The notes under the pieces were generated by a model. That model did not search any database. It saw nothing but the letters and a program-made list of their open reading frames with translations, and was not told where the DNA came from. DNA of 63,502 nucleotides, the filler included, from Octopus bimaculoides (Eukaryota), in assembly GCF_001194135.2 (NCBI RefSeq). It is 6 parts of 5 records of this genome, joined end to end, with 100 filler letters (N's around TTAATTAATTAA, not from the genome) between each part and the next. Parts side by side here need not be neighbours in the genome. Positions count along the whole stretch, not along the records: positions 12,199 to 18,281 come from NC_068981.1; positions 18,382 to 37,612 come from NC_068987.1; 4 more parts are not named here. One strand, written 5' to 3'. The position numbers were made by a program, and so were the translations under genes. Below, in pieces: positions 14,212 through 26,092 of the stretch (the first letter of the stretch is position 1; each line of letters opens with the position of its first letter).

Positions 14212-14572
14212 AAAGCGTATTTAATCTCCATACCTTCGTTTTATTTGCTTTTTTCATTTTAAATTTGCTTTAACCCTAACCCTAACCCTAACCCTAGGGC
14301 TAGGGTTAGGGTTAGGGTTAGGGTTAGGGTTAATTGTTTCAGAATCGTTTGTTTATGTAGTCGGCACTTAATGTATATCGGCTGAATGGACGTCAGTGAT
14401 TGGTTGAAATTACAGAAATACGACAACTTTAACATGGAATAACTAATGGATTTCTTTTTTTTTAAAGAAGACTAAGAGAAAAAGATGTTTTATATGACAC
14501 ATTCTACCAGTGTTCCAAGTTTCAAAGTGTTTCGTTAATGAAAAATGTGGCCCCCGTTTTAAAAAAGATCCC
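14212..14572. mobile_element. Probable non-autonomous DNA-transposon-like repeat enclosing the telomeric palindrome
   Basis: A non-coding segment bounded by a gap on the left and ...aaaaaagatccc on the right. The classification is inference; there is no second copy in the window. Confidence 0.3.
14270..14333. repeat. Inverted interstitial telomeric repeat, (CCCTAA)n followed by (TTAGGG)n
   Basis: ttaaccctaaccctaaccctaaccctagggctagggttagggttagggttagggttagggttaa. Confidence 0.95.
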
Positions 14573-16293
14573 ACATTTGTTATGCTCAGTTCTGAATTTC
14601 TCACGTCTTGTCCTCTTTCTTGTAAAGTGGAAAGTGTTTGTGTACTCACAGTTTGTGATTGTTTGGTTTTCGTCATATATAATACAGTTAGGCTTAGATA
14701 ACACTTAGATATTGGTGTCTAACTTGGGAATGGTCTGTGGAATATATATATATATATATAATACATATACACACAGCATACTTACATATATATAACATAT
14801 GGTAGAATCATAAAGAGGGCAAATTTTTAGCTACTTCTCCGCAGACTGAAAAATAAAAAATTAAATGAAAAACCTTAATCGATTTTCGAACGTTATTGGG
14901 TTCTCACCAGAGGTCTGTCTGCAAAGAAACAAGTAACCAAACTGTTTATATACTCAACAAATGCAGCAGTTACTCTCTGAAGGAGCCCCTAATTTGCATA
15001 CCGAAAGTGTTTAACATTCTATAAATACCAGCGGCCTGTCAACGGGGATGTTAGTCCACACAGTAGCAAGGTATGATACGTAAATATGCTTACAGATATA
15101 TTTCGAAATAATTAATAATTTATCGAATGCCTAACCAGTCTTTGTCTAATATCTTAATGACATTTATTTCATCTTCCTCTACTTAATTATTATATTCAGC
15201 ATAAAAATTGTTATATTCAATATAAATTATTATATTCAACATAAAGATCCATAGTTACATAATGAAGCAATAAAACAATTACTGGCTATTGATTTTTCAG
15301 CCACTTAAATTTCTTTATGCTATTATTACATTAAAAAAAACATATAGTGACCGATAAGTCCAAAACTTTGGTTACATAAGAGCTCCCAGTTTCTTTTATC
15401 ATCAAATTAGCAAACCTAGATTGGTTCCTTCTTTCTAGCTATAAAAATTACGGCCCACTATTTCCTGCCAAACCAGCCTTCTATTGGTTCCTATCAAACC
15501 AGTCTTCCATCTATTTATCCCTTATCATTTCTTATAGTAACATTATTATGTACAGCTAGATTTCAACTCAAATTAGCTTTGTATTTAGCTTCATATCCAA
15601 GATTCATTGTTCATTTGATGACTTCCCCTGAATTTTCCACTGTATACCAAACCATGTATAAGCTTTTTCTTACACCTTTTTATCTTAATTAGAAATCTTT
15701 CCTTCCGTTGTTTTAATCTACTTTCCGGTATCTCCTAATCTTTCGTTATTTAGCTTTAATTCCAATGTATTCATTATCACACAATTTCTTTTTAACTGAA
15801 ATCTTATGTATTTGATTTAATAATTCCTTTGTTTTAACATTCACTGTTTTCTCAATAACAATTCATTGTTTACATACATACACATCAATTTGATGTAACT
15901 TGTTATAGCTAATGTTATTTTAACAGATACACTTTTTATTTTATTTTCTCTTTATATAATTCTATCTAATGCAATAATTTCTGCGTTGTCTTTAATACAG
16001 GCATTGCAGATGTTTATGTAAATGTTTGTGTATGTTTATGTACGCATTATGCATTTTTGTATGTTTGTATGTATACATATATGTGTGTGTATATGTATAT
16101 GTATATATATAATATATATGCATATATTCACACACAAACACGTACACGCGCTAACACAGACATGTATATGATATGTATATGCATATGTGCATGGGTCGTG
16201 TGTATATATACGTCCACACATATTCATATATACGTACATACATAAATAAATACACATAAATACATACAATAATACATATACATATATACCTAT

Positions 16294-16378
<85 letters not shown>

Positions 16379-16471
16379 CATACGTGTGTGTGTGTGTATT
16401 ACTGAAGTCTAATAAACAGTAGGAACAGAAGCTTTGTTCCACATGTTCAGATATATGTAAACACTATCAGA

Positions 16472-16539
16472 TCTTGTTTCCTGACGTGAATTGTGTACAT
16501 GTTCTTGTTTCCTGACGTGAATTGTGTACATGTTCTTGT
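16472..16539 (+). repeat. Exact 31-bp tandem duplication
   Basis: tcttgtttcctgacgtgaattgtgtacatgt twice, plus a partial third unit. Confidence 0.95.
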
Positions 16540-17533
16540 AGTAATCAGAGTTTACCATCGTCTTCGTTTGATATTGAAAAAGAAAAATATTTCATCAGTT
16601 TACATACAGAGGCAGCAGAAAGACCGCGACAATCTTCTACTCTCTTTCTGAGTGCAAACAAGCTTATTGACAACTTAAATAGTGGAAGCTAAAATAAAAT
16701 GAAATTTAAAAGTATCATACAAATTGTAGACTGTAGCCAGTGGGTATGATTAAATAACATGCTTATGAATAACAATTGCATGCATTTTGATCCAGTATTA
16801 TTCAATGGAATGAATAGTTCGAGCAAAAATGCTTATGAAAACAATATGTACGCAATAATTACAATATCGTCGTATTTCTCTATCACGAAGAGCAGTCATA
16901 TTCGTCTTATATCATTCCACCTCCCCTCCTGTGTCGTCGATCAGACGTGGCATTGTCTAGTGCAGCGTTCTAAGTTTCCATTGAGTCAGATAAACGCGCT
17001 ATTACAAGTATTCTCGTGATTTTTTTGGTTGCCGTTGTAAGCAAAAGACAACAAATAGACTCCTTGCTAACCAGAACGGTGATCAATCCGGTATAAGTTT
17101 GACTTATTGACAGTATAGGATTACAGCTAACAGCTGAAGTGTTAATAGCTTTACGATGAGTAGTAAGGAGTACAACAGATAAGCGCTGGCTTATATATAT
17201 ACTTAACCTGCAGCTAATAGATTTCTCACTGTAGACGGCTATCGGCAAGCCGCTAGATTTTCTACGGTGTGACGCATCTTCGTTTGTTTGCAAGAAACCA
17301 GCGGATTGTATTTGCCAGTAATCGTTGGTCGTTGTCTCTCCTGAGTTCGCCATTTCATTGGTTTTGGTAGCGAGTTACCGTTGGTTGTTCAGGCCTGAAA
17401 ATGCAAAAGATGTTCTGGCTTACATGATTACAAGTCATAGATCTCTAACACTCAGATCTCTGACCCCACGCTGAAACAATATATATAAATACAGTGTACA
17501 TTTAAACAGATAAGAGTTAACCATCATAGGATA

Positions 17534-17675
17534 CCTGGCACGCTAGAAGGAATAGCCAAAACCCAAACCACTATTAGGGATAAATTTCGAATGGAATGAA
17601 AAATATTTTTCATATCTTTCGGAATTTATTCCTAATAATGGTTTGGATTTTGGCTATTCCTGCTAGCGTGCCAGG
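17534..17675. repeat. 142-bp fold-back inverted repeat
   Basis: 58-bp arms (17534-17591 and 17618-17675) with 5 mismatches. The spacer contains the perfect palindrome ATGAAAAATATTTTTCAT (17596-17613). Confidence 0.9.
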
Positions 17676-17689
17676 AGGTATGTGAGGTC

Positions 17690-17995
17690 TTTACTTTCCT
17701 GTTCTGGAAAGTAGCCTTGGTATACTTATCAAGGCCAAATTCCATCCCGATATCATCACTGAATGTTTTCACAGTACCTAGCAGGCCTTCAAGCTTATTA
17801 TCGTCTTTGCGATAGAGCTTTAAGTCATCCATAAAAAATAGACTAATTTTTTTGTCGCCAATTTTATATCTATATCTAGTTCTGTTAAGTTCACTTGTAA
17901 ACGGTATTAGGTCTATGCATAAAATTAAAGGTGACAGTGAGTCACATTGGAAAATGCCGTAGTTGATATTGATATCTTTTGTGGTCAGTACTCCA
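17690..17995 (-). mobile_element. Dong/R4-type LINE reverse transcriptase fragment
   Basis: ...YGIFQCDSLSP.../...KIGDKKISLFFMDDLKLYRKDDNKLEGLLGTVKTFSDDIGMEFGLDKYTKATF (QGD-like and YxDD-like motifs). It starts at an (AAT)n tract. Confidence 0.85.
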
Positions 17996-17998
17996 TTA

Positions 17999-18033
<35 letters not shown>

Positions 18034-18281
18034 TTATGTTTGACTTTTGTTTTGCATTTGTACAAGTTGGATCCAAGTCTCACCCAGAGACCTCAAGAGA
18101 CAACAAGTTAGAAGTTCATGTAGGTGTTATGCCTAGGGTACCATATATTTGGATTTGTACAGTTTTGTTCAAGTGAATGTTTAAGAAACCATAAGAAAAT
18201 TATGTGTTTGCTTTAAAATTTGAGATCACATAGACAGTATTTTACGTAGGATATGGGCAGTTCCCATGAGCACTATCTTTT
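18034..18281 (-). mobile_element. Dong/R4-type LINE 3' end, second subfamily
   Basis: Minus strand reads KIVLMGTAHILRKILSM*, followed by a 3' UTR ending at (TAA)n at ~17996-18033. Confidence 0.8.
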
Positions 18282-19138
18282 NNNNNNNNNNNNNNNNNNN
18301 NNNNNNNNNNNNNNNNNNNNNNNNNTTAATTAATTAANNNNNNNNNNNNNNNNNNNNNNNNNNNNNNNNNNNNNNNNNNNNCATACATACACGCACGTAT
18401 ATATAGATATATATATATATGTGTGTGTGTGTGTATACGTATGTACTATGTATGTATGCTTGTATGTATATATTTATGTATGTATATATGTATGTATGCA
18501 TGTATGTATGCATTACTAATTATAACAAACATGGATGACACAACTGCTCAAACACTATAAAGACATCGAAGGAATATTGAATTGTTTTGTTTTTTTTTAA
18601 TGCCTGGTATATTTCCTGGGAATATTTATTGACACTATTGGGAATCGAAACCATTGCAATTCCCGCTCGATTAGCGTTTAAGTGTGCCATGCAGATAATG
18701 TATGTGTGTGTGTGTGTGTGTATACATTTAAAAACGTACCTCTTCCATATTCTGTTGATATGTAGAGCAGGAATTTCACGCTGTTTCTTGCTCAGCAGTA
18801 TTTTTTAGTCGAGTGACGAATTGAAATTGCTACGTATTTGTTTTCTGAAAGAGAATTATTCTCAGAATAACTGTTACGTGCGATCAGTAAACGAACCTAA
18901 ATGACAAGTTTCATTTGGATAATTTTTTCGGTACACTAACTAATGCGCTTTGTAAAGAATATTGTCACGTCTTGTAATCATCGGCAGATTAATTCTTTCA
19001 ACTTATCTTCATGGACATAAGGAAATAAAAAATTTAAAAAGACTGATTTACGAGCGATGGGAGGCAAGTGGCCGAATTAGACACAGGAATTGCAGATGCG
19101 GGAACTATAATGATAAAGCACGATGAATTGAATACAAA

Positions 19139-19186
19139 ATGAACTCAACGAATGAAACAGCACAGGCTGACCGAAAGATGAACACA
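19139..19186 (+). CDS. Candidate first coding exon or uORF exon, MNSTNETAQADRKMNT
   Basis: aaaATG context with an in-frame upstream stop, ending at a consensus donor ACA|GTAAGT. No partner exon was identified. Confidence 0.2.
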
Positions 19187-19299
19187 GTAAGTTATTTGTG
19201 GACTTTCATGGGTTTTGTTTAAACGTGTAAACAAATTCTTCTGCACTTATAAATTCTTTCATAAATTTTATTCCAATAAAAATAATGTAACCGATCTGA

Positions 19300-20345
19300 G
19301 ATGCTTCCTTTGCCGTGATGTTTGTTGCCCTCCTTAACAATTATATATCCGCTATATCGAAAATCTGTAGAAGAGGTGGAGAGGTTGGTAAAGAAGGCAA
19401 ATTTTCTATCTTCAATTCGGTTTCCGCGTCTATTCTTACTTGGGTTCAGGAATTTTGGGTATNNNNNNNNNNNNNNNNNNNNNNNNNNNNNNNNNNNNNN
19501 NNNNNNNNNNNNNNNNNNNNNNNNNNNNNNNNNNNNNNNNNNNNNNNNNNNNNNNNNNNNNNNNNNNNNNNNNNNNNNNNNNNNNNNNNNNNNNNNNNNN
19601 NNNNNNNNNNNNNNNNNNNNNNNNNNNNNNNNNNNNNNNNNNNNNNNNNNNNNNNNNNNNNNNNNNNNNNNNNNNNNNNNNNNNNNNNNNNNNNNNNNNN
19701 NNNNNNNNNNNNNNNNNNNNNNNNNNNNNNNNNNNNNNNNNNNNNNNNNNNNNNNNNNNNNNNNNAGTTTCATTACTCATCAGGGTGCGTGACTCGGAGA
19801 TGAGGGTGTCTCTCAAAGTCGAGCCGCTTCTTCTCCACATTTGGAGGTCAGAACTGCGATACCACAGTCATGTGATACTACGGTCACGTGGTTAGAATCC
19901 TTTCTATTATAGGCACAGGGGCTGAAATTTTGGGGGAGGGAGAAATTCGATTACAACGACCCCAGTGCTCAACTGGTACTTATTTTACCGACCCCCGAAA
20001 GAATGAAAGGCAAAGTCGACCTCGGCGGAATTTGAACTCAGGACGTAGCGATGGGTGAAATACAGCTAAGCATTTCGTCCAGCGTGTTAACGACTCTGCC
20101 AGCTCGTCGCTTTTCATGTGGTTATAATGTCGCAGAAAAGAATGGCAAGACGGATTGTTCAAGCCGAGCAAACTGGCAGGAGATGTAGGAGCCGACCAAA
20201 AAAGAGATGGGTGGACAATATCCATGGACTTAGTTGTTCACGCTCGGAAATGCAGTCGGAAAGTGTAATGACAGTTGCTTATGATAGGAGCGCGTGGAGA
20301 CGATGCATGAAGTCTCTACCGTCGGGAATATCCCAAAACTAGTCA
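19300..20345 (+). mobile_element. RTE-clade LINE 3' part, interrupted by a gap and a SINE
   Basis: KFSIFNSVSASILTWVQEFWV ... RVRDSEMRVSLKVEPLLLHIWRSELRY...GHVV | RMARRIVQAEQTGRRCRSRPKKRWVDNI...DRSAWRR, a typical RTE C-terminus. Confidence 0.85.
19899..20114 (-). mobile_element. SINE family A, full length, nested in the RTE LINE with a TSD
   Basis: Head aaagcgacgagctggcagagtcgttaacacgctgg...gagttcaaattccgccgaggtcgac. It is flanked by cacgtggttagaat (19885-19898) and catgtggttataat (20115-20128). Confidence 0.9.
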
Positions 20346-20494
20346 GTGGAATAAATGGATGGAGAGATGGATGGAGATTTTATGTTCTACAGATCTATAT
20401 TTGAGAGATGAGGAATTATGTACATTATTTACATTTGACGGATAATTGTCCTCATCTTGTTTGTTGTTTACGCAATGTTTCGACTGATCTATCC

Positions 20495-20597
<103 letters not shown>

Positions 20598-22406
20598 AAT
20601 CCAAAATAGGGAACAAGAACGCAACAGGCGACAATAAGACTTCCGGACAGATAGACGATACAAGGACAGACAGGAAAAACAACAAAAAGACGGAAAGGAC
20701 AAAAAGACGGACGAGCAATTTGTGGCCTTCTCTCCTCAGTCAAGTTTCCAGATTATCCTTACAGTTTCGGCCAACATATATATATACATAAATATATATA
20801 TATATATATATATATACAAATGTATGTATATATAATAATAAATTCCTCTCCCCCTCTCTCTCTCTCTAAATATATATATATATACATAAACGCAGCCATA
20901 CACACGCATATGTACAACGGTCCATCTGTCCATAGAGACATTCATGAATGCATGCAGGCTTACACATATATATATAAATGCATAGCTATATACACATATG
21001 CATACACTGAATAAGGACGAATATATTAGTGGTACGTGGATGCTTGTATGGATGGACAGGTATTTAATGTATGCGTTATACCTGCAAACGAAACTTGATC
21101 TCTGTACCTGTGTATGTACGTACGCATGCGTCTTCCATTAACGCATGCGTATCAGTCTCTGAGTAGATATATATATATATATATATATANNNNNNNNNNN
21201 NNNNNNNNNNNNNNNNNNNNNNNNNNNNNNNNNNNNNNNNNNNNNNNNNNNNNNNNNNNNNNNNNNNNNNNNNNNNNNNNNNNNNNNNNNNNNNNNNNNN
21301 NNNNNNNNNNNNNNNNNNNNNNNNNNNNNNNNNNNNNNNNNNNNNNNNNNNNNNNNNNNNNNNNNNNNNNNNNNNNNNNNNNNNNNNNNNNNNNNNNNNN
21401 NNNNNNNNNNNNNNNNNNNNNNNNNNNNNNNNNNNNNNNNNNNNNNNNNNNNNNNNNNNNNNNNNNNNNNNNNNNNNNNNNNNNNNNNNNNNNNNNNNNN
21501 NNNNNNNNNNNNNNNNNNNNNNNNNNNNNNNNNNNNNNNNNNNNNNNNNNNNNNNNNNNNNNNNNNNNNNNNNNNNNNNNNNNNNNNNNNNNNNNNNNNN
21601 NNNNNNNNNNNNNNNNNNNNNNNNNNNNNNNNNNNNNNNNNNNNNNNNNNNNNNNNNNNNNNNNNNNNNNNNNNNNNNNNNNNNNNNNNNNNNNNNNNNN
21701 NNNNNNNNNNNNNNNNNNNNNNNNNNNNNNNNNNNNNNNNNNNNNNNNNNNNNNNNNNNNNNNNNNNNNNNNNNNNNNNNNNNNNNNNNNNNNNNNNNNN
21801 NNNNNNNNNNNNNNNNNNNNNNNNNNNNNNNNNNNNNNNNNNNNNNNNNNNNNNNNNNNNNNNNNNNNNNNNNNNNNNNNNNNNNNNNNNNNNNNNNNNN
21901 NNNNNNNNNNNNNNNNNNNNNNNNNNNNNNNNNNNNNNNNNNNNNNNNNNNNNNNNNNNNNNNNNNNNNNNNNNNNNNNNNNNNNNNNNNNNNNNNNNNN
22001 NNNNNNNNNNNNNNNNNNNNNNNNNNNNNNNNNNNNNNNNNNNNNNNNNNNNNNNNNNNNNNNNNNNNNNNNNNNNAAGAAGAAGAAGAAGAAGAAGAAG
22101 AAGAAGAAGAAGAAGAAGAAGAAGAAGAAGAAGAAGAAGAAGAAGAAGAAGAAGAAAGAGACAAACAAGACGGCTGGGCTTCTTCCTACCCAGACACGCA
22201 TATATATAAACATAAGCACTGAGTAACGCTCGACTCCTACCGTTCTTCATTCATATTCACTTTCTTTTGTTTTCTTAAATCAGATGAGCTGTTTCCTCTT
22301 TTGCCATTCAAATATTGCATGACATCGTCATTTGCGCCTGTTTCTATTACCGCACGCGCAAGCGGTCGGTCCGTGTGTCTATGTGCGTGTATACATTTTT
22401 CTCTCT

Positions 22407-22451
<45 letters not shown>

Positions 22452-22885
22452 CATCTATCTGTCCAGCCATCTCTCTTTATTTATCTATCTACGTATCTGT
22501 GTGGTAAGTAAAGATCCCAACCACATAAAACTTTCGTGCAATCAATTTGAATGCGTACAGGTGACTTTAAGTCATCGGTGGTGGTAAGGTTAAATAACAG
22601 CAAATGATGTTATAGATTTATTTTCATTTTGCTTTAAATTTTCTCTTACTTTTCCTTTTCACATCATTTCGTCTATTTACGTTGTTTATAAACATCAAAC
22701 TGTGTCATCTCCAGGGCACTGCGTATATATATAAAAAAAAAAAGAACGAATATTGTTGACAGGTTGAAAGAAGTCCAAAATGTCATTTTACAAGACCGAA
22801 ATACAGCATGACACTTAATCCGTCACTCCACCGATTCTTCTAATCCTCCATTCTCTTCCACTACAGATTATTAACTACCAATACC

Positions 22886-23160
22886 ACTCCATGTTCTTAA
22901 CTAGTCGATATTTCTCCATGTTATAAACCAATCAATGTGTCTCCATGTTTGAAGTAATCAATATGTCTTCAGGTTATTAGCTGAGCAATTTCTTTCCATG
23001 TTATTATTAACTTAAAACTAGTCAATATCTCGTGGTATTAAGTGAACTAGTCAATATCCTTTCATGTTATTAACTAGACTATCTCAGTCCTTGTAAATAA
23101 CTAACAGCATTCCGTACTATTAACTCCACGATATACTTCCATGTTTTTATTACTCAGTAA
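22886..23160 (+). repeat. Degenerate ~27-bp minisatellite
   Basis: About 10 diverged units of tccatgttattaactagtcaatatct. Confidence 0.75.
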
Positions 23161-23221
23161 CTCTTCGTTTTATTAAATACTCAAAGTTTCTCAGAGTTTC
23201 TCAATATCATTAAATACACAT

Positions 23222-23425
23222 TGCATATACTCGTGTATATCGCGCTCTATTATACTTGATTTGATTTTATAAAAAAGCTGGGGTGTGACTTAAACATGGG
23301 GCAAAGCTAACACTATAAAGGGGGAAAGATTTTGTACCAAGATTCAACACTTAATTAGGGGTGCGTCTTATACACGAATAAATACCGTACCACGAGTAAA
23401 TACGGTACCACGACTAAATTCGGTA
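23222..23425. mobile_element. Tc2/pogo-like MITE with a triplicated terminus
   Basis: Left end catatactcgtgtatatcgcgc; right end ggggtgcgtcttatacacgaataaataccgta followed by two more 18-bp variants. These resemble TACCGTATTTACTCGTGTATAAGACGCAC-type TIRs. Confidence 0.6.
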
Positions 23426-23789
23426 CATTTATGTGGTGGACGTGTAGATATGTATCTATGTGTACAAATGTCAACAAATGTGACTATAAAACCGAGTCTG
23501 ATTAAACGAGTGAGTGTCTACGCAAGTAAGTTTATACAAACGAGCACATGTGTGTGTGTAAGTGCGCGCGTGTATATCCATACAGAAAATTTGTATAAAG
23601 GGTACCTGTATGTGTACACCTGTATAAAAGAGTGTGTGTCTATACGTCTCTGTGTATGTGTGTGTGTGTACAAGGGAAGTATGCGAATGTTTGTATGTGT
23701 GATTATTTTGTACCTTATTTATATATAAAATACTACAATTAGCTGTCATATCTAACGGCACGTGGTCGCAGGAAAAACTCGCAAGATAG

Positions 23790-23935
23790 ATTCTTTAAGC
23801 CGAGCCAATCGATAAGAGACCGACCTAGGGGAAACCCGTGAGTGAATTGGATGGATAATATCTATAGTCTGAGATGGTCACGGTTGGGAATCTAGTCAGA
23901 AAGTGTAATGACGATTACTTCTGATAGAACCTTAT
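23790..23935 (+). mobile_element. RTE LINE 3' fragment, same family as 20118-20345
   Basis: Shares tggatggataatatc...agtcagaaagtgtaatgac...gatag with 20208-20290. Confidence 0.6.
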
Positions 23936-24926
23936 GTATATGGCAAAGGACTCTACCCCCGCGATCCCCTCCCCTCCTGGAATAATGGGCAGTGAAATAG
24001 ATGGAAATGGATAGGAAGTTACCAAAATTAAAATAAACGACAAAATGGAATATTTTAAAAATATACTGACAGGGGTATATTTTTTTATATCTTTCAATCA
24101 TCCGTGAATAATATTCAAACATTTTCAGGAATTTTCCAAAATAATTGTAATAAATAAATTTCTCCTTAAATAACTATCTATTCAAGTTAGCAATGTTTCA
24201 ATTATCTTTCAAATATATTCCACTGACGAAATGTTTTATCATTTAATACATGCCAAACTTCAATTAATATCTCTTCAAATTTACACAACTTGTCTAAGCT
24301 AATTTTCTCTTCCCTAGAATGTACCACATGACATTAGCTGCTCCGACCTACGCCTATCATACAATGGATCGGCCTATCGGTTTAATTTCGGCATTCAAAG
24401 AGGACAGTAAATTAATATTTAATCGCTTTAACTCTTGTCTTTGTTCAATCAGATTAATAAGTATTAGTCGCATTCACTTCCATCCTCCTTTTCATCATCC
24501 GTATTCTAGTTCGTTATACATTAATTTTCTTCCTATTGTTCCTTCATCTCTCGTCCTGCATCATGGTAATATATCTCAGTTAACTCTTCTCTGGAGTTAT
24601 CACCATTAGAGAGATCAATGTCCACAGTACATGGCATTCTTCATTTAAACACTGTTGGTATCTAAGTGCAAACGTTTGCAATCTTGAACCTTCTATCTCA
24701 CCTATTGCACAGACAATCCAAAGAACCTTGGCTGAACTCCAAGTATATCACAAGCAACATTGGTGAAGAACATGACCTATAACAACCTATATCGTCTGCC
24801 TCTTCATACTGAAGAATATGGCCTACAGCAACCAGAAACTACTAAATACCAACCATCTCTACATATTTAGATTTACCCACTATCACAGTTAAAGGTGTTT
24901 ATGTATTCAGGGTATGAATCATTATG

Positions 24927-25345
24927 GGAAGGTGCATAGTTTAGGGGTTAAGGCATTCGGCTCACTATCGTAAGGTCGTGAGTTCAATATCTGGCGACGC
25001 GTTGTATCCTNNNNNNNNNNGAAGGTGCATAGTTTAGAGGTTAAGGCATTCGGCTCACTATCGTAAGGTCGTGAGTTCAATATCCGGCGACGCGTTGTAT
25101 CCTTGAGCAAGACACTTTATTTCACGTTGCTCCAGTGCACTTAGCTGGTAAAAATGAGTAGTACCTGTATTTCAAAAGGGCCAGTCTTGTCACATTCTGC
25201 GTCAAGCTGAATCTCTCTGAGAACAACGTTAAGGGTATACGTGTGCGTGTATATGGAGTGCTCAACCACTTAGTTCCGCGAGCAAGCTGTTCCGTTGATT
25301 GGGTCAACAGGAATCCTTGTCGTCGCAACCGACGGAGGGCCAGTA
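24927..25345 (+). mobile_element. SINE family B (tRNA head plus CORE/MIR-like core), with the head duplicated across a 10-N gap
   Basis: gaaggtgcatagtttag.ggttaaggcattcggctcactatcgtaaggtcgtgagttcaat...ccttgagcaagacactttatttcacgttgctccag...; homologous to 36537-36700. Confidence 0.85.
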
Positions 25346-25380
25346 TGAATCATTGAGAAGGTATGGCATAGCTTGAAACA

Positions 25381-25675
25381 TTAAGAAGGCACAAGCATGG
25401 CTGTGTAATTAAGAAGGCACAAGCATGGCTGTGTAATTAAGAAGTTCGCTTTGCAATCACGTAGTTCCAGGTTCAATGCCACTGAGTGGCACTTTCGGCT
25501 TGCATCTTCTGTTATAGCTCCGGGTTGACAAAAGCCTCGTGAAAAAAAATTGATGGACGGAAACTGTGTGAATGTCCGTAGTATATGTGTGTATATGTGT
25601 ATCTTTGCACCTGTATTCGTCTCTCTAGTGCCCTAGCATGGCCACAGTCCAGTGACTGAAACAAGATAAGAATAA
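25381..25675 (+). mobile_element. SINE family C, internally shortened, with a 28-bp tandem duplication at the head
   Basis: ttaagaaggcacaagcatggctgtgtaa twice (25381-25436), then the family C head and the tail cagcatggccacagtccagtgactgaaacaag-like sequence. Confidence 0.75.
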
Positions 25676-25864
25676 CCACATGAAAAAATATATATCAAGT
25701 TTATTGAAATGTGATAATGAGATGAGTGAGGATGCTTAAAGATAGATCGATCCTTGATCTACAGAAACATACAGATAAACACAACCATTTCTGCATGCAC
25801 AACATTTCAGTTTCTGAAGATCAGCAGATATGGAAAATAATGTTTTATAATACCTCACGACAAC

Positions 25865-26082
25865 AAGGCGGTGAGCTGGCAGAATCGTTAGCACACCGGG
25901 CAAAATGCTTAACGGTATTTGTTCTGTCTTTACGTTCCGAGTTCAAATTCCGCCGAAGTCGACTTTGCCTTTCCTCCATTCGGGGAGTGATAAATTAAGT
26001 ACCAGTTGCATAGTGGGGTCGATCTAATCGACTGGACCCTTCCTCAACATTTTGTACCTTGTGCCTGAAGTAGAAAATAATA
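25865..26082 (+). mobile_element. SINE family A, full length (first of a tandem pair)
   Basis: aggcggtgagctggcagaatcgttagcacaccggg...gagttcaaattccgccg... Confidence 0.9.
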
Positions 26083-26092
26083 TATAATTCTT

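Noticed and set aside
14270-14333. Interpretation as a chromosome-fusion scar
   Set aside because: The orientation is the reverse of an end-to-end fusion and the tract is only ~60 bp.
16970-17353. 127-aa minus-strand ORF MANSGETTT...
   Set aside because: No domain, no clear splice signals and unremarkable composition.
20700-20775. CUGAGGA and GAAA boxes on the minus strand
   Set aside because: The required stems do not pair in either type I or type II topology.
21076-22250. Long ORFs spanning N runs or microsatellites (also near 5.5k, 27k, 35k, 40-43k, 49k and 60k)
   Set aside because: Artifacts of X translation and simple repeats.
22886-23160. Regularly spaced repeats as a possible CRISPR array
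   Set aside because: Eukaryotic context, degenerate contiguous units, no unique spacers and no cas genes.
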